This document shows, in pieces, positions 1 through 8,811 of a stretch of DNA of 47,298 nucleotides (positions within the stretch are counted from its first letter, which is position 1; each line of letters opens with the position of its first letter). Position numbers and translations under genes: made by a program. This DNA is from an uncultured Bacteroidota bacterium. GTDB taxonomy: Bacteria; Bacteroidota; Bacteroidia; Chitinophagales; Chitinophagaceae. The notes beneath the pieces are model-generated. The model was not told the origin of the DNA and ran no database searches. It worked only from the letters and a program-made list of their open reading frames with translations. The stretch is from NCBI GenBank assembly GCA_903848125.1, contig CAINFN010000266.1, positions 1 to 47,298 on the forward strand. The letters are read 5' to 3'.

Positions 1-53
1 AAACCTACTATACTTAAAGTAAAGGCGATGATGACTAGAATGCTTTTTTTCAT
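1..53 (-). CDS. 5' end of a secreted protein, truncated by the window edge
   Basis: Not in the ORF track. ATG at 53 on the minus strand reads MKKSILVIIAFTLSIVG..., a typical Sec signal peptide, 20 bp downstream of the GH95 stop. Confidence 0.7.
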   Translation of the reverse strand, partial: MKKSILVIIAFTLSIVG

Positions 54-73
54 TATCAATTAATTTTTAAATT

Positions 74-2347
74 TTATTTAGCTTGTAAAGTGATGGTAGC
101 ACCAGGATTAAAATTAATATTAATAAACTGTTTATCAGTGCTAATTAATTGTACATTATTATTTGTTTCATATGTATAATTATTAAATGGGTTTTTTAAT
201 TTCAACAGCCCCCCTTTTTCTGAAACAATTTTTACTTTTTTAATGACGCCTTTGCTCCTTTTGGCACTTACAATAAATGCACCTTCTGTTCTTAAATTGG
301 TAAAGGATGCTTCTTGCCAAGCAAATGGAATAGCAGGCATAATTTCAACAAAACCTTGATAGGACTGAATTAACATTTCTTGTAAACCTGCTGCGTAAGC
401 AAAATTGCCTTCTAAAGTAAAGGGTCTATAAGTAAAACTCGAAAATCCAGATTTGGTTTGATCTCCATTTAAGTGAAAACTATTGATTGAACAAAATGCG
501 TTGGAGAATATGGTTAAAGCCTTCGCTGCCCCATTGCCGTCTTTTGCTCTGGCTTTTAAATTAGCCAACCACGCATAAGAATAACCACACCAATTTAAGG
601 GACCAATACTATCTAACAGATGAATACTATTACGTATCACTAATTTATCTTGATCTGATTTATCCCATTGGAATAAACCTAAAGGATGTATCGCCATTGT
701 ATTTGAAAAATGACGATGTGATTCTTTGTAGGGGTAGTTAGGTGCAATTAACATTTCGCTATTGGCTGAAAGTGCGAAGCCCGGTAATTGGTTCATTAAT
801 TTTAACCAATGCGTCGCTTCTTGATGTAGATTTAATTCTTGGGCCAATGCTGCTGCTATTTTAAAATTAAATTTGATTAAAGCCAAATCATAATTCGTAG
901 TTTGACCAAACCAAGCACTTAAACTATTGTCATTTATTTCTGGACTCGAACTCATTAATAATTTTCTTACTCCACTTGAATCAAGTACCGTTATTTGCTC
1001 TAAAAAAGTAGCGGATTCTTTAATGAATGGATAGGCTTTCTCTTTTAAAAAATTTCGGTCCATACTATAGCGCCATTGTAAATAGTAATGTTGAGCAATC
1101 CATGCAGCTACCGTTGGTGATAAAGAATATTGAATCCAGCCTCCCATTTCTGTTCCATCTAAAGTGGTCACACCTGGAATAGCAATGCCTTCTTTTTGAA
1201 AAAATAACTTTGTATATCTTTTATAATTTTCTTTGTTTTCTTCAAAATGATCTAGATACCCCATGGCTTCAGTCAAATGATTGCCACTATAGGCTGGCCA
1301 ATAACTTAACTGCGTATTTAAATCATGGTGAAAATCTCCTTTCCAAGGGGGTATTCTTCCATTGTCTGCAGTCCATATGGCTTGTAAAGAAATAGGTGGC
1401 GCTTTTTTTCTTGCGGTAGATCCAAATTTATATTGTTCTAAATACCATTGTTTTTCAAGTAAAGTGTCTGGTATTGACAAATTGGATTGATTCCAAAAAC
1501 GATCCCACCATTGAAGATGTTTTTGATAAGCGTTTACAAATCCTTTTTCTAAAGCAAGTGCTGGATGCACATTTTCAATTTGATTTTTTAATGCAGGCGT
1601 TCTTTTGATGGTCCATACCCCTTCTACTTCGCCCGTTTTATTTTCTTTCCATACCACCGTCACTTCATAAGCCAATCCACCCCATCCTTTTTGTTGATAT
1701 ACAATTTTATGATCTGCTTTGATAATAGTTCCTTGCTCATATTGCAATCGGCCTAAATCATCTCCGCCCACTGGATCAGCAATATTTTTAACCGCTCCAT
1801 TATAATTAGGTGCCATTAACTCAATCCCTAAGGCCTTAGGTAAATTTGAAAATTTAAACCAACCCACTGCCTGATTCGCATCCACGATGGTAGTAAGTTT
1901 AACACCATTAGTCCAATTCACTTTACAGGTGGCGGATGCAAGATCAAGTTCTACATTTTTTACATTGCCCCAACTGGTTGAATTAAATTCAATAGCGGCC
2001 ACTGGAATTTTAGTGGGCGCTGGTTCATTGTCATAAGGACGATCAAAATTTTGTTGAACTGGTTGATAGTCTTTTTTTTGAACCTGATTGTATATCCATT
2101 GATAACTAAATTCTTCACGATGCAATCCTTTCATGGGTCTATTGTCCCATACATCTGCTCTATCTAAGGAGAATCGTAACAATTTATTTTTTTCCCAAAT
2201 TAATGCACCTAAAGTTCCATTGCCTAAAGGAATCGCTTCATCCCATTGTTTTGCAAGTGTTGAAAAATGTAGATTATGTTTTTTAGACTGCGCAGTAGAA
2301 AAATAAAAAACAAGTAGTAAGCAAAAAAATAAAAATATTTTTTTCAT
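74..2347 (-). CDS. Glycoside hydrolase family 95-like protein (alpha-L-fucosidase/L-galactosidase-like), secreted
   Basis: Signal peptide; WDEAIPLGNGTLGA N-terminal motif, SPE, HRHFS and EGNF motifs; C-terminal LRTEGAFIVSA typical of GH95. Confidence 0.85.
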   Translation of the reverse strand: MKKIFLFFCLLLVFYFSTAQSKKHNLHFSTLAKQWDEAIPLGNGTLGALIWEKNKLLRFSLDRADVWDNRPMKGLHREEFSYQWIYNQVQKKDYQPVQQNFDRPYDNEPAPTKIPVAAIEFNSTSWGNVKNVELDLASATCKVNWTNGVKLTTIVDANQAVGWFKFSNLPKALGIELMAPNYNGAVKNIADPVGGDDLGRLQYEQGTIIKADHKIVYQQKGWGGLAYEVTVVWKENKTGEVEGVWTIKRTPALKNQIENVHPALALEKGFVNAYQKHLQWWDRFWNQSNLSIPDTLLEKQWYLEQYKFGSTARKKAPPISLQAIWTADNGRIPPWKGDFHHDLNTQLSYWPAYSGNHLTEAMGYLDHFEENKENYKRYTKLFFQKEGIAIPGVTTLDGTEMGGWIQYSLSPTVAAWIAQHYYLQWRYSMDRNFLKEKAYPFIKESATFLEQITVLDSSGVRKLLMSSSPEINDNSLSAWFGQTTNYDLALIKFNFKIAAALAQELNLHQEATHWLKLMNQLPGFALSANSEMLIAPNYPYKESHRHFSNTMAIHPLGLFQWDKSDQDKLVIRNSIHLLDSIGPLNWCGYSYAWLANLKARAKDGNGAAKALTIFSNAFCSINSFHLNGDQTKSGFSSFTYRPFTLEGNFAYAAGLQEMLIQSYQGFVEIMPAIPFAWQEASFTNLRTEGAFIVSAKRSKGVIKKVKIVSEKGGLLKLKNPFNNYTYETNNNVQLISTDKQFININFNPGATITLQAK

Positions 2348-2355
2348 TGATGGTA

Positions 2356-3273
2356 TTAAAAATTATCTGCATCACGATAGGCTTTTATCAAAGCCATTTC
2401 GCCCTCTTTACCTGCTCCCACTTTTCCATGCTCCATTCCTAATACACCTTTGTAACCCTTGGCATGTAAGTGTTTGAATATATTATGGTAATTTACTTCT
2501 CCTGTTCCTGGTTCATTCCTGCCTGGATTATCACCAATTTGAAAATAGCCAATTTCATTCCAACATTTATCAATATTATTAATCATGTTCCCCTCATTTC
2601 TTTGCATATGATACATGTCAAATAATATTTTACAAGAAGGACTATTGATTGCCTTACAAATAGCATAGGTTTGATCTGAATGACGTAAAAATAAATCTGG
2701 CGTATCACTTAAAGGCTCTAACACCATGACCAAATCATGTTTTGCTAAAATTTCTGCGCCAGGTCTTAATCCTTCAATTACATTTCCTGTTTGAATGTCC
2801 ATGGGTAATCTTCTTTCAAAATTTCCTGGTACAACGGTCATCCATTTGGCATTGGTTCTTTTAGCCACTTCTACCGCTTCTTTACAAGATGCTACAAATT
2901 TATCTTTCCACTCTTGTGTACCGGTGGTTAAATTGATTTTATCATTAATAGAAAAATTAACAACAAAAACGCCCATGTGCATGCCTAAGGAAGCCAAAGT
3001 GTCTCCTATTTTTTGCTGCATTTCAGGGGTTCTACTCATCATTCCATTGTCTTCAATAGCGCTAAAGCCTATGCTGTGTGCATATTTTATTTGTTCTATA
3101 AAATCAGGTCCGGCAGTATTTGAAAACATGCCATCATGAATCCCATAATTTAATTTATAAGGTGTGGTATCTAATGAGTTATTTGTTTTTATATTTTTGG
3201 CGAATAAACTACTTCCTGTTAATAGTGATCCGCCTACTAAAACATTTTGTTTTAAAAAATTTCTACGTTCCAT
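2356..3273 (-). CDS. Tat-exported xylose-isomerase-like TIM barrel (hydroxypyruvate isomerase/AP-endonuclease-2 family)
   Basis: MERRNFLK twin-arginine signal; LEPL, LFDMYHMQ, QIGDNPGRNEPGTGEVNY and GMEH motifs of the Hyi-like family. Confidence 0.85.
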   Translation of the reverse strand: MERRNFLKQNVLVGGSLLTGSSLFAKNIKTNNSLDTTPYKLNYGIHDGMFSNTAGPDFIEQIKYAHSIGFSAIEDNGMMSRTPEMQQKIGDTLASLGMHMGVFVVNFSINDKINLTTGTQEWKDKFVASCKEAVEVAKRTNAKWMTVVPGNFERRLPMDIQTGNVIEGLRPGAEILAKHDLVMVLEPLSDTPDLFLRHSDQTYAICKAINSPSCKILFDMYHMQRNEGNMINNIDKCWNEIGYFQIGDNPGRNEPGTGEVNYHNIFKHLHAKGYKGVLGMEHGKVGAGKEGEMALIKAYRDADNF

Positions 3274-3328
3274 GGTGTTGTATTTTTTTATAACTTAAAT
3301 TTAGGTATAAGTATCAATAAGAACAAGT

Positions 3329-4330
3329 TTGAAATCATTCATTTTCCTTTTTACGCTTTTAGTATTGTTTACACTTTCACTAGGTGCTCAAAACAAGAAA
3401 TACATTTTTACGGAAAATAAGATGGGCTCGCCCTTTAACTTAATTTTTGTAACAAACGACTCCTTAAAAGCCAAGCACATCGCTCAAGATTGTTTTACCT
3501 TAATAGACTCATTAAGTCAAATTTTTAGTGATTATGATACCACGAGTGAAGTAAATAAAATCAATGCTAGTGCAGGTTTAACACCTATTAAAGTATCTCC
3601 TGCCATGTTGGATCTACTGTTGCTTTCAAAACAAGCCTATCATAAAAGTATAGGAGCTTATGACATTACGATTGGCCCACTCAGCTTGCTATGGCGAAAA
3701 GCTAGAAAAAAGCAGGAGTTTCCTACCAAAGCAGCCATTGAAACTGCTCGTCATTTAATAGGATTTAATCAGGTTCAAATAGATAGTGAAAAGGCGATTA
3801 TTTTTTTACCGAAAAAAGGCATGCGACTGGATTTTGGAGGGATTGCAAAAGGATACATAGCACAATGGGTTATTGATTACTTAAAAAGCAGTGGTATTAA
3901 AGAGGCATTAGCAGATGCGGGTGGTGATATTTCTATAAGTGGTGCCCCCCTCAAAAGCAAAGGATGGTTGGTGGGAGTGAATGTACCCGAAACAGCTGAT
4001 GATTTATTATCAAAAAAACTTGAATTGACTTCAATTTCAGTAGCCACTTCGGGAGACGTGTATCAGTTTATTGAAAATGAAGGGGTAAAATATTCACATA
4101 TCATCAATCCCAAAACGGGTTATGGGGTCACTTCGCTCAGAAACGTTACAGTAATAGCCCCGCTTGGCGCTACTGCCGACTGGCTGGCCACCGCCTGCAG
4201 TATTTTACCCATTGATTTAGCAAAAAAAGTGGCTCTACAAAATCAAGCTCAGTTGCTCATTACAACCATCCAAGAGGGTAAAATAAAATATGATATTACC
4301 CCTGGATTTAATAAATATTGGAAGCCATGA
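3329..4330 (+). CDS. apbE: FAD:protein FMN transferase (ApbE family)
   Basis: MGS, SEV.KIN, GAYDITIGPL, DFGGIAKG, ATSG, HIINP and AD.LATA motifs; TTG start; Sec signal without an obvious lipobox. Confidence 0.92.
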   Translation: MKSFIFLFTLLVLFTLSLGAQNKKYIFTENKMGSPFNLIFVTNDSLKAKHIAQDCFTLIDSLSQIFSDYDTTSEVNKINASAGLTPIKVSPAMLDLLLLSKQAYHKSIGAYDITIGPLSLLWRKARKKQEFPTKAAIETARHLIGFNQVQIDSEKAIIFLPKKGMRLDFGGIAKGYIAQWVIDYLKSSGIKEALADAGGDISISGAPLKSKGWLVGVNVPETADDLLSKKLELTSISVATSGDVYQFIENEGVKYSHIINPKTGYGVTSLRNVTVIAPLGATADWLATACSILPIDLAKKVALQNQAQLLITTIQEGKIKYDITPGFNKYWKP

Positions 4331-4400
4331 AGTACAATTCAACCTTAAAAATGTCAAAAAGATTAAAATAAGTTTTATCTTAATAGACTAAAAAACGATT

Positions 4401-5384
4401 GTGAAAAAGGGGCTTCTTTTAATTATAATTTTTTCTTGCTGTTTCTATTCAACAACAATTATTGCTCAATCAATTAAGCAAGACGGTAAGGTAGGTGTTG
4501 TAATGTATTCCACTTACAATCAAAAAATTACTGGAAGTAATTTGTCTTTTAAAATGGTGCCTATTCCTGCAGGAAGCTTTACCATTGGTAGTGATGAAAA
4601 TGAAAAAGGTCGTAATGCCGATGAGGGGCCAAAAAAAGAAATAAAAATGGATGCTTTTTGGATGAGCGCCTATGAAGTCACTAGAGATGAATTAGATGTT
4701 TTTTTGAAAGATGAAACCACTAGTCAAAATGTACCCGTAGATGCCATCACTAGGCCTAGCCCACAATATGTAGATTTAAGTTGGGGCATGGGAAAAGAAG
4801 GTGGTTATCCTGCTAATAGTATGTCACAACGTACAGCCATCATGTATTGTAAGTGGTTGTATGAAAAAACAAAAGTGTTTTATCGATTGCCCACGGAAGC
4901 CGAATGGGAATATGCTTGTAAAGCAGGTACACTTTCTGCTTACTTTTTTGGGAATGACGAAAAGAATTTAGACAAGTATGCATGGTATGAAAAAAATAGT
5001 ACCAATACATTTCATAAAGTAGGACAAAAATTACCCAACCCATGGGGTTTATATGATATGCTTGGGAATGTTACCGAATGGACCTTGGATCATTATGACC
5101 CAGCTGCTTTTGAAAAAGTAAACAACCAACAATTAAATGTTGTACCCAATAGTGCTAGGTATCCTAAAACTTTAAAGGGCGGCAGTTATTTAGATGCTGC
5201 TGTTGATTTAAGATCATCAAAAAGATTTCACTCTGATCCCATCTGGAACAGAAGAGATCCACAAATTCCAAAAAGTAAATGGTGGTTAACCGAAGCCAAA
5301 CAAGTTGGTATCAGATTGGTTCGCCCAAGCAATCCACCAACAGAAGAAGAAATAAATCAATTTTTTAACGCGTATTTAAATTAA
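4401..5384 (+). CDS. FGE-sulfatase (SUMF1) fold protein, secreted, lacking the catalytic cysteines
   Basis: IPAGSFTIGS, YEVT, YRLPTEAEWEYAC, PNPWGLYDMLGNVTEW, KGGSY and GIRLV motifs; no C-x4-C after GGS. Confidence 0.88.
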   Translation: MKKGLLLIIIFSCCFYSTTIIAQSIKQDGKVGVVMYSTYNQKITGSNLSFKMVPIPAGSFTIGSDENEKGRNADEGPKKEIKMDAFWMSAYEVTRDELDVFLKDETTSQNVPVDAITRPSPQYVDLSWGMGKEGGYPANSMSQRTAIMYCKWLYEKTKVFYRLPTEAEWEYACKAGTLSAYFFGNDEKNLDKYAWYEKNSTNTFHKVGQKLPNPWGLYDMLGNVTEWTLDHYDPAAFEKVNNQQLNVVPNSARYPKTLKGGSYLDAAVDLRSSKRFHSDPIWNRRDPQIPKSKWWLTEAKQVGIRLVRPSNPPTEEEINQFFNAYLN

Positions 5385-5403
5385 TAAAATAAAAATTACC
5401 ATT

Positions 5404-6735
5404 ATGAACAAACCATTTTCAGGAAAAAACTCAAGGAGAGAATTTGTAAAAGGCACTAGCCTCTTGGCTGGAGGCCTCATTGCTGCTCCCATGATGTCCA
5501 ACGCTAACTTTTTTTCAGGAGCAGATGATGTTATAAAAGTGGCCGTAGTAGGTTGCGGAGGCAGAGGAACGGGTGCCGCAATGCAAGCCTTATCTAGTAA
5601 ACAAAATGTAAAAATTGTTGCGATGGCTGATGCCTTTAAAGACAATTTAAACAATTGCCATAAAGCATTAACAGATGAAATAAATAATAGTATTGGAGAA
5701 TTAGCAAAAAGATTGGACGTTCCTGAAGAAAGAAGGTTTACAGGTTTTGATGCCTATCAAAAAGCAATTGCATTAGCAGATGTAGTGATATTAGCTACTC
5801 CTCCAGGTTTTAGACCTATCCATTTCGCAGAAGCAATCAAACAAAATAAGCATGTGTTTATGGAAAAACCAGTAGCAACTGATCCTGCTGGTATTCAAAG
5901 TGTATTAGCCACTGCTGCTATTGCAAAACAGAAAAAATTAAACGTAGTGGTTGGTTTACAAAGACATTATCAAAATTCATATCGTGAATTATTTAAAAGA
6001 AAAGATTTAATTGGAGACATTACTTCTGCACAAGCTTGGTGGGACAATGATGGGGTTTGGGTAAGACCAAGAAAATACAGTCAAACCGAAATGGAATACC
6101 AGATGCGCAATTGGTATTATTTTAATTGGTTGTGTGGTGATCATATCACAGAACAACATATCCATAACTTAGATGTCATCAATTGGTTCAAGGGCGGGCA
6201 TCCAGTAAAAGCGCAAGGTTTAGGCGGACGTCAGGTTAGAAAAGGGAAAGAACATGGTGAAATTTTTGACCATCATTTTGTAGAGTTTGAATATGCAGAT
6301 GGTTCTATTTTAAATAGTCAGTGTAGACATATTCCTGGCACCATGAGTAAGGTAGATGAATTGCTAGTGGGTACCAAAGGAAAAATTTATTGCGGGGCTG
6401 CCAACATTAAAGACCATAGTGGCAGAGTTATTTATCAGTATGATACTAAATTAGAAAACAATCCTTATCAAACAGAACACGATGAATTATTTGCAGCCAT
6501 TGCAAAAGGCGAATACAAATTTGCCGATGCCGAAAATGGAGCAAGTAGTAGCATGACTTCGATATTAGGACGCATGGCTACTTATAGTGGTCAAGTAATT
6601 GAATGGGATAAAGCAATTAATTCAGGAATTGATATTCACCCAAAAGTGTATGATTGGAATGCAGAGCCTCCTGTGTTGCCAAATGCAGACGGCTTTTATC
6701 CTGTTGCAGTACCTGGTGTAACTAAATATTTTTAA
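5404..6735 (+). CDS. Tat-exported Gfo/Idh/MocA family NAD(P) oxidoreductase
   Basis: SRREFVK twin-arginine signal; VGCGGRG Rossmann motif, ATPP, MEKP, EQHIHNLD. Confidence 0.92.
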   Translation: MNKPFSGKNSRREFVKGTSLLAGGLIAAPMMSNANFFSGADDVIKVAVVGCGGRGTGAAMQALSSKQNVKIVAMADAFKDNLNNCHKALTDEINNSIGELAKRLDVPEERRFTGFDAYQKAIALADVVILATPPGFRPIHFAEAIKQNKHVFMEKPVATDPAGIQSVLATAAIAKQKKLNVVVGLQRHYQNSYRELFKRKDLIGDITSAQAWWDNDGVWVRPRKYSQTEMEYQMRNWYYFNWLCGDHITEQHIHNLDVINWFKGGHPVKAQGLGGRQVRKGKEHGEIFDHHFVEFEYADGSILNSQCRHIPGTMSKVDELLVGTKGKIYCGAANIKDHSGRVIYQYDTKLENNPYQTEHDELFAAIAKGEYKFADAENGASSSMTSILGRMATYSGQVIEWDKAINSGIDIHPKVYDWNAEPPVLPNADGFYPVAVPGVTKYF

Positions 6736-6753
6736 TTAGCAGTGATAGGCAAT

Positions 6754-6797
6754 AAAATAAAAACCCTGAGGTATTTATCTCAGGGTTTTTTTATTTT
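6754..6797. terminator. Bidirectional intrinsic terminator
   Basis: aaaaaccctgag-gtatttat-ctcagggttttt hairpin flanked by A and T runs, between convergent genes. Confidence 0.88.
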
Positions 6798-7317
6798 AAA
6801 ACAATAACAAAAAAGATTTGTATTGTGTTGCCATAGATTTTATAAAATCAGTAAGCTTATATCTTTTTAACACTTCATCGCTTGTATCTGCAGCGCCTTG
6901 TATTAATCCAACACAATTGGGTCTGCCACAATTACAAACAAATTGTTGTGCCATGCGCCATTCGGTGGCTGGATAAAAAAAGCAAAGTTCATCTCCCAAT
7001 TCAATATCCTTAACACATTCTAGTTGCATAGTAGTGGTATTAAACAAAACATTGGGGTCACAGGAATGATTGATGTATTGTAGATATTCTGGAAATAAAT
7101 GAATGTGCTTTTGCTCACTAATTTGTACAGTTAAATAATTAGGTGTATCAACAATTTTAGAGGCGTCAAAGGTGGCAACAGCCTCTCCTACTTTAAAGGA
7201 GGCTAATGCAAATAAAGATTTGTGTTGATTTTCTTTATTTTGTTTTACTTCACAATGGTCATGCTGGCTAATTAAAATAAAGTCTGATGGATTGGGATTT
7301 AAATACATAAATAGCAT
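6796..7317 (-). CDS. SET-domain protein with post-SET Cys motif (putative lysine methyltransferase)
   Basis: YINHSCDPN, GDELCFFY and CNCGRPNC motifs. Confidence 0.85.
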   Translation of the reverse strand: MLFMYLNPNPSDFILISQHDHCEVKQNKENQHKSLFALASFKVGEAVATFDASKIVDTPNYLTVQISEQKHIHLFPEYLQYINHSCDPNVLFNTTTMQLECVKDIELGDELCFFYPATEWRMAQQFVCNCGRPNCVGLIQGAADTSDEVLKRYKLTDFIKSMATQYKSFLLLF

Positions 7318-7435
7318 TTAGGTTTGAACTACTAATTTAAAAATTTAATAAGTTATAATCAAAATAAACAGGTGCTATTTTTGTATAGATAAATAAGTAA
7401 GGGATTACTTATATTGTGTGTATATCTCTAATTGT

Positions 7436-8694
7436 ATGAAAAAAAGATACCAGGTATTATTCGTTTTATCGGTACTATCTATGATCACTTTCTTGGATCG
7501 AATTGCACTTTCTTCGGCAAGTGGCAATATCATGGATGAATTACATATTTCAACCGTACAATGGGGTTGGATTTTGGGTATGTTTACCATTGCCTACGCT
7601 GCATTTGAAATACCAACAGGATGGTTGGGTGACCGATTTGGAGGAAAAAGAATATTAATTAGGGTGGTATTGTGGTGGTCATTTTTTACGATCATGACCG
7701 GATTTTCATCCAGTTTTATGATGTTGCTTTGTGTTAGATTTTTATTTGGCATGGGCGAAGCAGGTGCCTATCCAAATACTTCTATTGTATTATCTAAATG
7801 GTTCCCAGTTTTAGAAAGAGGTCGTGCTCAAGCAACTATTTGGGGGGCTTCCCGTTTAGGCGCTGCACTCACTCCTTTTTTAGTCCTCCCTATTCAGCAA
7901 AAATACAATTGGCAAACTTCCTTTTATCTTTTGGGGGCTGTAGGTGTGGTGTGGACTTTGTTTTGGATTTTTTGGCATAAGGAGGAACCGACATCATGTA
8001 AATCAATTTCAAAAGAAGAATTGGAACATATATTGGCTACCAGAGATTTGCCATTAAATCAAAAAGAGGCCAACCAAATTTCTGTTTGGAGTGGTTTTAA
8101 ATCATCCAATTTGTGGTTTTTACTATTGATGTATGTTATGCAGTAGGGGCCTATTTTTTTCAAAGTTGGTTTCATACTTATTTAGAAAAGGGCAGGCACA
8201 TCGCAAAAGACCAGTTAATTTGGGCTTCTTCTATCCCCTATTTATTAGCTGCAATAGGTTGTTTTACAGGAGGTTGGCTTAGCGATATCGCTTGTTTACG
8301 TTGGGGTAAGAAGTGGGGTCGTCGTATTGTTCCCATGGTAGGATTATTTGTAGCAGGCTTGTGTATCATAGGCGCTGCATTGGTCAATGACAACCTCACT
8401 GCAATTATTGCATTGGGTATTGGAATGGCCTTTATGGATGTAACGGCTCCGGTAGCCTGGGCAGTAGCCATGGACTTAGGGGGAGATAAAAGTGGAACCA
8501 TATCTGGTTCAATGAACAGTGCTGGATTAACCGGGGCTTATTTGAGTACGGTATTTTTTGGTTACCTAGCTTCTACCTACGGCTATTATTTACCAGTACT
8601 TTACATAGGAGTAATTGTTTTTATAGGTGGATTTATTTGGTTAAAAATTGATGCTACTAAAAAAATTCAATTTGATAAAAAGCTACTTAGTTAA
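7436..8694 (+). pseudogene. MFS transporter (anion:cation symporter / hexuronate-galactonate-like), frameshifted
   Basis: The N-half (ITFLDR, GWLGDRFGG, RFLFGMGEAG) and C-half (GGWLSD, SGSMNSAG) are in different frames that switch at ~8132-8134 (...LLLMY|CYAVGAYFF...). Likely start is ATG 7436. Could be an assembly error. Confidence 0.8.
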
Positions 8695-8811
8695 ATAATA
8701 TTTTTTTGTTATCATTCCTAAAAAGGAGGAAGTTATGTTTTTGAATTAACCAAGATTCAATAACTTGATGTCTTATTATTTTATAATTAATTAAATGCAA
8801 ATAATTTTGTC

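Noticed and set aside
4401-5384. True formylglycine-generating enzyme activating DUF1501 'sulfatases'
   Set aside because: The FGE catalytic Cys pair is absent and neither DUF1501 protein shows a [CS]xPxR sulfatase motif.
8724-8749. Perfect AGGAGG followed by ATG TTT TTG AAT TAA (4-codon mini-ORF)
   Set aside because: A single occurrence, and this lineage largely ignores SD sequences; there is no attenuator structure, so chance is likely.
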